DNA of 64,000 bases from Cyanophora paradoxa CCMP329 (lineage: Eukaryota; Plantae; Glaucophyta), in assembly GCA_004431415.1 (NCBI GenBank), contig QPMI01000641.1, positions 114,079-178,078 of the forward strand, read 5' to 3'. Both the position numbers and the translations under genes were made by a program. Shown piece by piece: positions 42,457-52,597 of this stretch; within the stretch, counting starts at the first letter, position 1, and each line of letters begins with the position of its first letter. The notes beneath the pieces are model-generated. The model ran no database searches and was not told where the DNA came from. It saw only the letters and a program-made list of their open reading frames with translations.

Positions 42457-43683
42457 ATGGCACTCACTGGAACTACCCTGAAGGAACTCCTCGTAACTCC
42501 CGGTTCCGATCAAATTTATCTTTCCCCTGGTCTCCAAATCGGAACCAACCCCAAATACAAACCATTCCTCGAGCAAGTTCGTCCCCGGGGCAACACTTTT
42601 GGCTTCAAGAATACCGCTTACTTTGATCTACCTCGCAAGCAACTCCTTGCTGGTGTTTCGCTCTATTTCAAGATTGCCACTGGTGGTGGTGTAGCCTGCA
42701 CCCTCCCCAATGGTGGTTCTTCTTTTATTAATGAGGTCCGTTTCGTTCATGGTGGTTTCAAGTATATTATCCCTGGTGATTGGATCACTGTAAACGCCCT
42801 GGTCGATAATGATCACGCTACCATGAGCAGCATGTATGCTTCTCTCGGTTACTTCAAAGAGACAGATCGTGAAAGCACAGATGAAGCAATGGAATACATC
42901 GTTAGAATCCCCGCTGCTTTCTGGGAAGAAGCTTATTTCCCATTATGTACGCTAGCCGATATGCCAACAATCGAGGTTGATTTCCGTGATGCTGCGATTG
43001 TCCAAGTTCCGGCTGGTGGATCTGTAACCTTTGCGGATTGCTCTCTGATCTGCCAATTCGTAAACATTGCTTCGGCTGAGGCTGAGACACTCCTTAAAAT
43101 GGCGAACGAACAAGGTGGCATTCGCATCCCGATCACAGAGGTCATTCACAAGAAGACCCGAGCGCTCAAAACCGCTGATGCTGGTGAATCTGTTGAGGTT
43201 ACACTCGCTAATGTTTCTGGTCTGGTTCACTCGATTCTGATGACTGTTCGAGAGGTGAACAAACTTAACACCTACACTCACTCGGATTTCTGCGGTCATG
43301 AATCTGCTGTTAAGATTGATCAGTTCCAGATCTTCCACAACAATCGCTCCCTGGATATATCTAACAAACCCATTTCCGGTTTCCTCTCTGCTGTCAATCA
43401 CATTCCTTCTCACTACAAGGGTGTTACTGTGGGCAATACCACGTACGGATTCGAGTCTGGAAATGTTTACGGAATTGTTCTTTCCAAGTCTGGAAAAGAT
43501 TCGCTTCGGAACTCGGTTATGGGTTACCAGGATTTCTTCAACAGCAGCTCGAGTTACATGGATCTCACTGTTTCCGGATGCACTGATGCCGCTCCTGTTC
43601 AGGTTGATATCTATGCCCTCCGACACAATGTTATGGTACTTAATGGCTACAACATCTCTACCCTGAAAGTCTCGAACTTCTAA
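42457..43683 (+). CDS. Major capsid protein, element B (intact)
   Basis: 408 aa, between penton and ATPase, highly conserved with the A copy. Confidence 0.85.
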   Translation: MALTGTTLKELLVTPGSDQIYLSPGLQIGTNPKYKPFLEQVRPRGNTFGFKNTAYFDLPRKQLLAGVSLYFKIATGGGVACTLPNGGSSFINEVRFVHGGFKYIIPGDWITVNALVDNDHATMSSMYASLGYFKETDRESTDEAMEYIVRIPAAFWEEAYFPLCTLADMPTIEVDFRDAAIVQVPAGGSVTFADCSLICQFVNIASAEAETLLKMANEQGGIRIPITEVIHKKTRALKTADAGESVEVTLANVSGLVHSILMTVREVNKLNTYTHSDFCGHESAVKIDQFQIFHNNRSLDISNKPISGFLSAVNHIPSHYKGVTVGNTTYGFESGNVYGIVLSKSGKDSLRNSVMGYQDFFNSSSSYMDLTVSGCTDAAPVQVDIYALRHNVMVLNGYNISTLKVSNF

Positions 43684-43763
43684 AGTTCTTTTCTTTTGTT
43701 AGTGTAGGAAGCGCAATTATTTGTAGGTGTGTACTTTATTTTGTTTTTTATCTTATTACTGTA

Positions 43764-44522
43764 ATGGATAACACAGTAAATCTTGATGATATTCCGGAGT
43801 TCGATCCGAGTAAGACGGTTCGAATCCCGACAAGAATTTTGAATGTTGGTCGCTCCAATACAGGTAAGACAATGTTCACAAAATACTTACTTTACGAGCT
43901 TCGTGACAAGATCGATCAAATCGTTATATTTAGTTCAACAGCTTTTACTGGACAATTCAATGACATCACCCATCCCGATAACATCTATGAAGAGTGGGAT
44001 GATAACATTGTTTTGAGATTGATCAGTATGCAAAAGAAACGAATTGAGAATAACGAAAAGCGAAATAACCTAGTTATCATACTCGATGACATGATAGGTT
44101 CAAATTTGGATATGCATAATTCGGCTGTGTTATCTAAATTAGTAACGAGTGGAAGACATTATTCAATCTCGGTAATCTTTAATGTTCAGCGTTTGTGTTC
44201 TATTTCTACTACCATTCGTCGCAATGTGGAGTTCGTTGTATTTTTCAATATTCTTGGGAACGAGAAAGAGTTCAATTGCGCCTTTGATGAGTACAATGGT
44301 GGTTTGGATAAGAAGACCTACAAGGAATTGCATAGACTATGGGGTTATAATTACCAAACTGTCATAGCTAGCCTGCAAGGTTATGATATCAAGACCTATA
44401 CTGATAGAGCAGTACTCACTGATGATGATATAAAGGGCTTTAAGAAGTTTGTGAAGAGAAAAGCAATTAAAAGGAGTCAGATGGCTCGGATTCAGCGAGA
44501 AATGACCACAATCAGTGTGTAA
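43764..44522 (+). CDS. Packaging ATPase, element B
   Basis: GRSNTGKT, IILDD, SGRH...Q, IRRN. Confidence 0.92.
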   Translation: MDNTVNLDDIPEFDPSKTVRIPTRILNVGRSNTGKTMFTKYLLYELRDKIDQIVIFSSTAFTGQFNDITHPDNIYEEWDDNIVLRLISMQKKRIENNEKRNNLVIILDDMIGSNLDMHNSAVLSKLVTSGRHYSISVIFNVQRLCSISTTIRRNVEFVVFFNILGNEKEFNCAFDEYNGGLDKKTYKELHRLWGYNYQTVIASLQGYDIKTYTDRAVLTDDDIKGFKKFVKRKAIKRSQMARIQREMTTISV

Positions 44523-44766
44523 AAGGTCGATTTTTGAGAAATGTTGTATAATAAGGTAGCTTGAAATACTGTGGGGATTGCACAGTTGCGTAGAGCTTAA
44601 ACAGCGCTTCAAACCGATATGCAGAACGTTGCGAGATCATAATCTGGTGATGAGATACAAGCGTTTGAAGATGCCGATAATCGATTTACCGAAACTTCGG
44701 TGAAACGTGAGCGAAACTTGAACCGTGAGATCATATACCCTACTATGGTTTATTCCCCGGGTTTTC

Positions 44767-44853
44767 ATGGCGCATTTAATGGCGCATTTAATGGCGCATT
44801 TAATGGCGCATTTTATGGCGCATTTTATGGCGCATTTTATGGCGCATTTGATG
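44767..44853. repeat. 12-bp tandem repeat ATGGCGCATTT(A/T) x7
   Basis: Directly visible. Confidence 0.95.
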
Positions 44854-44911
44854 AAAAGTCCCTACTCTGTGGCATGAACCAATCAGAAGCCAGCAAATTT
44901 AAAATTAATAT

Positions 44912-45000
44912 ATGAGGTATTATCTGAGATATAATCTGAGGTATTATCTGAGATATAATCTGAGGTATTATCTGAGGTATTATCTGAGATGTTATCTGTG
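44912..45000. repeat. 12-bp tandem repeat TGAG(G/A)TAT(T/A)ATC, about x7
   Basis: Directly visible. Confidence 0.9.
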
Positions 45001-45145
45001 ATGTAAACCTGGGGAGAAGTTGAAGGGGGATACATTGAAAGTCAGTGAGCCAATCAGATTGCGTCACACATATATACATATACATCATGACAATATACAC
45101 ATCGCCGTGATCGTCATAATCTCCCGAGTCACGTGGTATGTCATA

Positions 45146-46349
45146 CAAGATCCGTGCTCCTGCGGAGCACTAAGTACGGCGAAGCCTCGCGGACGCCCTC
45201 GCGGTTGTCACAGTAGGCCTATAGGGCACTCAGCGACTGGCCAGCGGCCTGGCCGATCGCGAACAGGTTTCTGGCTGGAAGCTGGCTGGCTGACGGCCAG
45301 TCCAGCTACCGCTGGCCGGCTAGAGGAATATAACTAGAGGAATATTAATGTACTGAGGAAATAAAGGGAGGCCGGAGCAGGTTGAGATTAGAGGAGATGA
45401 ATTATATATAATATTGTTGAGAGGGAGGCCCGGGAGGGGCAAGGTTCTCGCGGCCAGGCGCATGCACAGAGCTTGCGAATCGCTTAAACAGAATCTTGAA
45501 TGCATATAGCTATAGCATCGATGTGCGGGGCTGCGGAGCTCGAGGCGAGGGCGCGCGGAAAGATGTGCAGGTCCATGCAGGATCGCATTTTCGGGGTCGG
45601 CTGGGTCCTCGCGGCCCGTCGCATACGCAAAGCGTGCGGAAGACTTTGCCTACATCTTAAATGCTTATGCTATCGTTCCGCGCATGCGCCGCGGCGTGGG
45701 CGCGCGGAAAGATGTCAGGGCGCGTGCAGGATCGAATTTTGGCCGTCGGGTACCTTCCTGCGCTGTTCCGGCTCCGAAAAGCGGATTTCGGGGGTGCGCA
45801 GGCCCTGCTATGTCCATGCGCGCCAGTACGCATCGATTGCGCGCGTCGCGGGACCGGGCGGGACCGGCTAGCGCTGGATCAAATTTTCGGCCGACTCTTC
45901 GCACTGGAGCGTCGACGGCGCTTGAAATCGAGCTTGCGGCGATGCGCTCGCCCTCGCGCGGCATTCTGTATCGTTCTGGGGCGTCCCTGGCGCGATTTCG
46001 TCGCGGGACCGGGCGGGACCGGGTCCCACCTTCTGACTCGGACTGCATTTGTCGGAGGTTAAGTACCGGAATTGATCCAGAGGGAAATTCGATTTTCGCG
46101 CGACGCCCACGGGCGAGCGGTCGTCTTAGGGGAGCCACGACGCTAAAAATGGATCTAGAGAGGTCTGTGGGGGTTAGGGTAGCTGAGTATTAGCGGCAAT
46201 CGCGTCCGTGTCGAGGCAGAATTAATAATTCGTCCTCGAGGGAGTGCGACGCGGAAATTATTTAGCAGGGGGGATCTTGAGTGGAAAAAAAGGTTAAAAA
46301 AGGAATTTATATCGGCGGTTTTTGGGTTTGAGAAAGAGGCTTCGCCTGA
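45146..46349 (-). mobile_element. Non-autonomous Helitron/Helentron-like element (1204 bp)
   Basis: Minus strand A|TC...CTTG|T with no TSD. Hairpin GTGCTCC-TGC-GGAGCAC at 45154-45170. 11-bp asymmetric IR GGCGAAGCCTC at 45178-45188 and 46336-46346. GC-rich within AT-rich flanks. Confidence 0.75.
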
Positions 46350-46644
46350 TATATCATATACATATACATCGTCATCATGACGTCATATATGAATATATAT
46401 CACATATACACAAATTGATATGTTATAGGTTTGACTATAAATCGATTTCCTATGATATATATGATATATATTACAGTGATATATTGACGTATATACGATT
46501 CAAAAACAATTAAAATTCTATTGTTTTTATTGTCGTTTCTATTGTTGTTTCTAGTGTAACAAATACAGTAAAAAATCGTTCAAAAAATACAGTAAAAAAT
46601 GAGAGGTTTTTCTTTCGAGGTTTTAACTAAACTTACTTAGTTAT

Positions 46645-47049
46645 TCATGGGAGACACGGCGGATAAAAAGGATATAACTTCGATTAAATATAATTAATCG
46701 AGATAATGATATAACTTCGATAAATAAGATTTAAGATATAACTTCGATAAATTCGATTTTTGTTACTGAGGCTTACTGAGATTTAGTGAGATTTGGAATT
46801 GGGTTACTGTGAATGGTTTGTTTTTCTTGGGAATTGTTTTGGAGACACGGCGCATAAAAAAGATATAACTTCGATAAGATATAATTAATCGAGATTATGA
46901 TATAACTTCGATTAATTCAATTTTGGTTACTGAGGCTTACTGAGATTTACTGATATTCAAGATTGGGTTACTGGGAATGGTTTGTTTTCTGATTTGTTTT
47001 TGATTTTTTTCGCGGGTATTTTTTTGGAGACACGGCGCAGTGCTGAGCT
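46645..47049. repeat. Right TIR of element B
   Basis: Reverse complement of 13054-13458. Confidence 0.95.
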
Positions 47050-47143
47050 GGCGCCGGTTCAGGTAGATATTTACGCGCTCCGTCACAATGTCATGGTTCT
47101 CAATGGCTATAACATTTCCACACTGAAAGTTTCTAACTTCTAA
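47050..47143 (+). pseudogene. 3' end of element A MCP
   Basis: Reads APVQVDIYALRHNVMVLNGYNISTLKVSNF*, identical to the C-terminus of B's MCP. Confidence 0.95.
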
Positions 47144-47279
47144 GCGCGGTTTCGCCCGCGCGCAACGACCGAAGGAAGTAAAGTTCTTTTCGTTCTTTAA
47201 AGTAGGAAGCCTGCGAATTGCGTATAGGTTAGCGTGTGATTTTGTTTTTTATCTTATTACTGTAACGGACACACAGTAA

Positions 47280-48032
47280 ATGGATATAGATTTAAACGAT
47301 ATTCCCGAATTCGAGCCGGTAAAAACAGCTAAACTCCCTTCGCGTTTTTTGCTTGCTGGGCGCTCTAATTCTGGTAAGACAACATATTGTAAATATCTAC
47401 TTTATGAACTGCGGGATAAGATCGATCACATTGTTATATTTAGTTCCACTGCGTTCACTGGTCAATTCAGAGATATTACGCATCCCGATAACATCTACGA
47501 GGAATGGGATGATAATGTAGTAGTGAAACTCATTAGTATGCAAAAGAAACGAATCGAGAACAATGAAAAGCGCAATAGTTTAGTAATTATACTTGACGAT
47601 ATGATAGGTTCTAATTTGGATATGCATAATTCAGCTGTGTTATCTAAACTGGTAACAAGTGGAAGACATTATGGTATAACTGTTATTTTCAATGTCCAAC
47701 GTATATGCTCTATTTCTACTACAATTCGTCGTTACGTGGAATTCGTGGTATTTTTCAATATTCTTGGGAACGAAAAAGAGTTTAACTGTGCATTCGATGA
47801 ATATAACGGTGGATTGGACAAGAAGACTTATAAAGAACTACATAGACTTTGGGGTTACAATTACCAAACAGTCATAACTGGACTGCAAGGTTATGATATA
47901 AAGACCTATACAGATCGGGCGATTTTAACAGATGATGATATGAAGGCTTTTCGCAAGTTTGTGAAGCGACGAGCGATAAAAAAGAGAGTATCAATACGAA
48001 TAAGTAACGAGCCGACAACGATAACGGTGTAG
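47280..48032 (+). CDS. Packaging ATPase, element A
   Basis: GRSNSGKT, IILDD, SGRH. Paralog of 43764..44522. Confidence 0.92.
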   Translation: MDIDLNDIPEFEPVKTAKLPSRFLLAGRSNSGKTTYCKYLLYELRDKIDHIVIFSSTAFTGQFRDITHPDNIYEEWDDNVVVKLISMQKKRIENNEKRNSLVIILDDMIGSNLDMHNSAVLSKLVTSGRHYGITVIFNVQRICSISTTIRRYVEFVVFFNILGNEKEFNCAFDEYNGGLDKKTYKELHRLWGYNYQTVITGLQGYDIKTYTDRAILTDDDMKAFRKFVKRRAIKKRVSIRISNEPTTITV

Positions 48033-48760
48033 ATGGAGAGCGCTTTTCACGAGCGTTCCCGCGCTTTTTTCAGATTTTAGAGGCGATGATCTGGTGAAGA
48101 GTTACGATTATTTCCGTACTTCCGGTAGTTCGTGTATATATGCACATATATATACACTTTTTTACCAGAAATTCCGTTCGCGTCAAACGGCAATCAGGAA
48201 ATTTCATCTGCATCATCAATGAGTCTTCTGCAACCTATCGACATCAACACTCATTCGCAGAGTTCCATCGACCTCAACACTGATTCATAATTCTATCTGC
48301 ATCAACAATCATGGACATCATCGAAATCATAGAAAGTCAAGCCAGAGTACGAGTTTAGTATCGAATACAACAATCACTGATGTTGCGTATCGAATACAAC
48401 AGTCATCACTCTTCGAAATCGTCATCGAATCTGATTGGTCGTCATCGAAATCCATCAGACAACTTTTGACATATATATCACATATATACACAAAACCTCC
48501 GCATTCCTGGTTTGGTCAAACGGAATTTCTGGTGAAAATGTGTGTATATATATGCACATATATACACGGAGACGTCGACTCTATCGCCGGCAAGTCAAGT
48601 TGAGTCAACCGATAAACGCATGTAACTCTTCACCAACTGCTCCGTTTCTAATTCTGAAAACAGATTCGGAATCGTCGCGACGCCCTCTTCAAGGTTCGAG
48701 TATAATCTAAGAAGTCGTGCATGATTTATTTTTATTAAACTTTTGGTTAAAAGTTACTGT

Positions 48761-48918
48761 GAATCGTGGGAGAAGAGGCATTCTGCCGACTTAACGAAGT
48801 CACCGCGCGAAAAAAGACGAATTCTTACTGTGTATCGAGCGGAATCGATCGTCTTACTGTTTATTGTGCGGAATCGTGGGAGAAGAGGCATTCTGCCGAC
48901 TTAACGAAGTCACCGCGC
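48761..48918. repeat. 48-bp direct repeat x2 in the right terminal region of element A
   Basis: GAATCGTGGGAGAAGAGGCATTCTGCCGACTTAACGAAGTCACCGCGC at 48761 and 48871. Confidence 0.9.
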
Positions 48919-51900
48919 ATAAAAAGATGAATTGGGTCGAGTTAATCGATGAAGTTGTATTATATCGATTGTGAAACCGAAATTATCGATCGTGACACTG
49001 AGCCTTACGGTGATTTTCGATTAGATTCGATGCTGTTACGGTGAATCGTAAGGATCCGCGGATTTAATTGTTGGAGACACCGCGCCAAGCTGAGCTTATG
49101 CATGCATATGAACCGTTGCAGACCGCGGGGAGAGTTCGAAGTCAAGATGCTCTATGACGCAAACACGGCTGTGCGAATTTTGAACGAGCTCGCCGATGCT
49201 GGCAAGGTCGGTCCCAAACTCTTTGCAATCTTCAATCTTTCACGTACATCAGATTCTGGGAGCGTTCGAGGTGTGCGACTCGGACCCAGAGAAACAGCGC
49301 AAGCAGTTTCATGCCATGTATTGCGCTTTGGTGAGCATGCGCAATGTTAGAGTAATGGACGCGCAGACGGCTGGCTAACTCATTATCTCGCGCATAACCT
49401 CGAGCTCAGTTCCAAAATATGAAGGTCAGACAATCGAAATCTATGAGCTGCGGAATGCTTGTCCTGACGCGGCACGCAGCTCGCTGGCGCATCCGACGCG
49501 CATAAGCCAAGGAAAGCGAGCTCGGACGGCTTCGAGCTCGAGCTCGAGTGGGCAAGCGGCTTCGCCGCCTACTCAGCGGCCGCGGTGCGCATTCGGAATT
49601 GCAGCCCGATTAATATTTCTCAGAAGTGCATGCATATAGTTTAGTCAACGTTACACACTCTTGATTTAAATTTGTGACGGGGCCAGCAGGGTATGGAACG
49701 GATTCGCTCGTTCCTCATCTCCTCTGATGCCTTCAAAACAGCTAAACCGGTGCGTGCAGGGGTACCCGCTTCGCTATAGAAGCTGGACCTTACATTAATT
49801 CTTCGCGTGCTTTCAGAGCGAGCCTCTCGGCGCACAACTCCAATCCCTCTTTCTAGAAAGCTCTCGGGGCATGGACACCCGGCGCCGGCCGCGGTTCTTC
49901 CTGATATTCGCCCACAAAGACGACTTGACGCCTCTGACCCGTGACACGGTCCGAAACTTGGAAACGCGAGCATATGCAGGTTCCTCCCTCTGTATTTCAT
50001 ACCACGTGATGCTGTTTTTCGGGCTTTCAGGTCGTGAAATCGAAGCACCGTCGACGACGTTCCGGGCCAGCCCCGGACGAAGCAACTCGCGATCGTCCCG
50101 CGGCCGCCGCCGCCGCGAGTTTGGACTCAGCTCCCGGCTCCCACTGCACGCCAGCGACGGGGGCCATTCCATCTGCAGTTGCAAGGATCAGTGATCACTC
50201 GTGTACGTATACTCTCCTCCGGATCGGATCCGAGCTTCGAATCCCCTCATTAGTCAATTCAGACAACTCCGCCGAGCGCATGGTCGCCCGCGATATCGAT
50301 CTCCGTCAGGCGCCCGCTGCAGCAGATGCAGCCGCGGCCGTTCGTGTGGAGCTCGAGACCCCAAACTCCGCTAAGCTCGACCAATTGCGGTACGTAAACG
50401 GTCGAGCGTAATTGCGAGCGCGGATCCGGATCCCGGATTCCACCACCTGGAGACCTCGTTTAATTTCTGGCTTGTGCGCATGCAGGCCTGATATTGACAG
50501 AGTTTCCCCGCTGATCGCCGAGACTGCGAGCTGCTTCGAATTTCCCGAAGACAGTACGGTTGAGTTCAACCGCATCTTCCGCCTCGCGCAAATTCTGAAG
50601 GTCAGCGCCGGTGCACTCGCTTCGATCGAAAGGCGATGGCGCACCAGAGCTCACGGTCAGCGACAGCTGCGACACTTGCACAATCCGGACGATGGAATCT
50701 TCAAATACAGTTCGCTGGTAGAGGATTACCAGACTCTGTGGGCGAATGCCGACCCCGGCTTCAACGTGGCAGCCTGCAGGAAACTCGTGGCGTGCGCGCG
50801 CGTCTACTCATGCGTGATCGGCTTTTCTGTGCGCCTGCCGTTGCACCCGGCCCACTGTGCAGCGCCGCATGCGCAGTTTTTACTTCAAGGAATCTCTGCC
50901 GCGCTCGAGTGCGAGCATCTGCAAGTGCAAGAGCGATCGCGACGGTCCGGGCGGCTTCGAGGGCGCGGTGAGCAGCCTTTTATTTATTCCTTTCCACGCG
51001 CCGCCAATGTGCAACTCGCCGCCACGCGCTGCGTCCAACCACAATTCGCAACGCGCGAATTCGAATTCGAACGCGCGCAGCTGCACGCGGACGTGGAACG
51101 CTGCGCCGGCGCCGCAATCTCAGACTGCTCCGCAACCTGCGACCCCGACCGCGGCCTGCGGCTGCTCCAGAACCTCCTCGCGGCGTTCACGGGTGCGAAT
51201 TCGAAGGCCGGAGCAGAAGCAGCCAGCAACCCAGTTGCGGATCCAGAGGTTCGACCCGGAACTTGTGCCGCGCTTTCGATCGCTCAGAATTTGAAGACGT
51301 CGACCCTCCCTGCAGCAGGTTTCGCGGCCGAATGAAAGCGCGAGCGCCTGCGAAAAAGGCGAAATTCACGATCAGCCTTTCCTCGGCCTTCCTCCCAAGA
51401 TAGTGCCCAAGTCGTTCGCGCGTACGCCGACTTCCTTTACACATGAGCGAACCCGCTGCAGACCGATCTGACTTGACCGCAGCTCCTGTCCGCGAATCCG
51501 AAGGGAGCGTTTGCTCTGTTCAAGACCAGGGCGCCTCTTCCCCTAAGATCCCCTCTCAAGTCCTGGAGCTTGCCCGCAAGCTCAAAGAAATCATCGAAAA
51601 CGGGCTCAGCGCGGTGCAGAGCCCTATGCATATGCTTACGCTCCGATCTAAACCAACATTAACATGGCGCATTCGAAATTCGCATTCGCAGTGCCCAACG
51701 CTCTCGTGTGGAATAATTGGAGAGGAACTTCAGAAAGCGGGCTTCGACATCCAAGTAAATCGAAGCGCTAATCGAGAAATCAATCGAAGCACTAATTCTT
51801 TTTGTTGCTCTCTTCTCACAGAGCATCTTGACTGCTCACCCTGAAGTTGAGGAGACGATCCAAGATTCGTTGTGCATCCCACGAGGTACACATGCGCACA

Positions 51901-52192
51901 GTTGACGTTTGCTTTAATTAATATGATTCGGATCAGTCTTAACTTAGTAGTAAAGACTTGCGATTGAACTTAAACCTTTGTCGTACGCGGTTTGACGTAC
52001 CGCATGCAGTGAAATCAGTCGGGCTGAAAGATCTCCTCAAGGCCTTGTTTCCACAGTCCCTTTCTGTTTCGAATAGGTCACATACAAAGGTACGTATAGC
52101 GCAATTGGTTTCGAAGGATCCGGAGCATTTCCGTCATAACTAAGTGTACGTATACGTGTGTACGTATCTCTCAGAATCGGTACAATTACGGG

Positions 52193-52597
52193 GTGTCCCT
52201 CGTCACTGATATCGACGGCCGCGGATTCGAGCGGCTGGAGTGGGCCATCCGGGCGCTGGAGGAGGGCAGCGCGCCGCTGTGCAACGGCCTGGCCGCGCGC
52301 GACGCGCTCGCGAAGCGCGAGCGGGCCGAGCGCGAGCGTGCGGCATCGATCGCGAGGGCGGTCGACGCCGCTCCGGCCCCGCGGAAGCGTGCCCGGAGCC
52401 CGGGCCGCAGCCGCAGCCGCAGCCGCAGCCGCAGCAGAGACCGGGGCGGAGGAGGACGCGGCCCGCCACGCAAAGTGTGCAGGCGCAGCCGGAGCCGGTC
52501 CAGATCTGGAGGCCGAAGCCGTAGCTGGAGCCCGAGCCCCGAGCGCGAGCGCCGCACGTCGACCCGCCACGGAAGGTGCGAGTCCTCGAATTGTTAA
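52193..52597 (+). CDS. Possible host exon encoding an RS-repeat region; gene model unresolved
   Basis: RARSPGRSRSRSRSRSRDR...RSWSPSPER. Could be only a GCAGCC microsatellite. Confidence 0.3.
   Translation: MSLVTDIDGRGFERLEWAIRALEEGSAPLCNGLAARDALAKRERAERERAASIARAVDAAPAPRKRARSPGRSRSRSRSRSRDRGGGGRGPPRKVCRRSRSRSRSGGRSRSWSPSPERERRTSTRHGRCESSNC

Larger units (their letters stand above)
13054..47049. mobile_element. Polinton-like virus element B, 5-bp TSD GGCGC (about 11.5 kb without nested inserts)
   Basis: 405-bp TIRs starting AGCTCAG and ending CTGAGCT. GGCGC at 13049-13053 and 47050-47054. Encodes integrase, Pol-helicase, penton, MCP and ATPase. Confidence 0.93.
1..49096. mobile_element. Endogenous Polinton-like virus, element A (outer; left end outside window; interrupted by two insertions)
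   Basis: Basic ORF, penton, MCP and ATPase occur in the same order as in element B and are close paralogs. The right end GGAGACACCGCGCCAAGCTGAGCT (ends 49096) resembles B's terminus GGAGACACGGCGCAGTGCTGAGCT. Host-like DNA follows. Confidence 0.88.
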
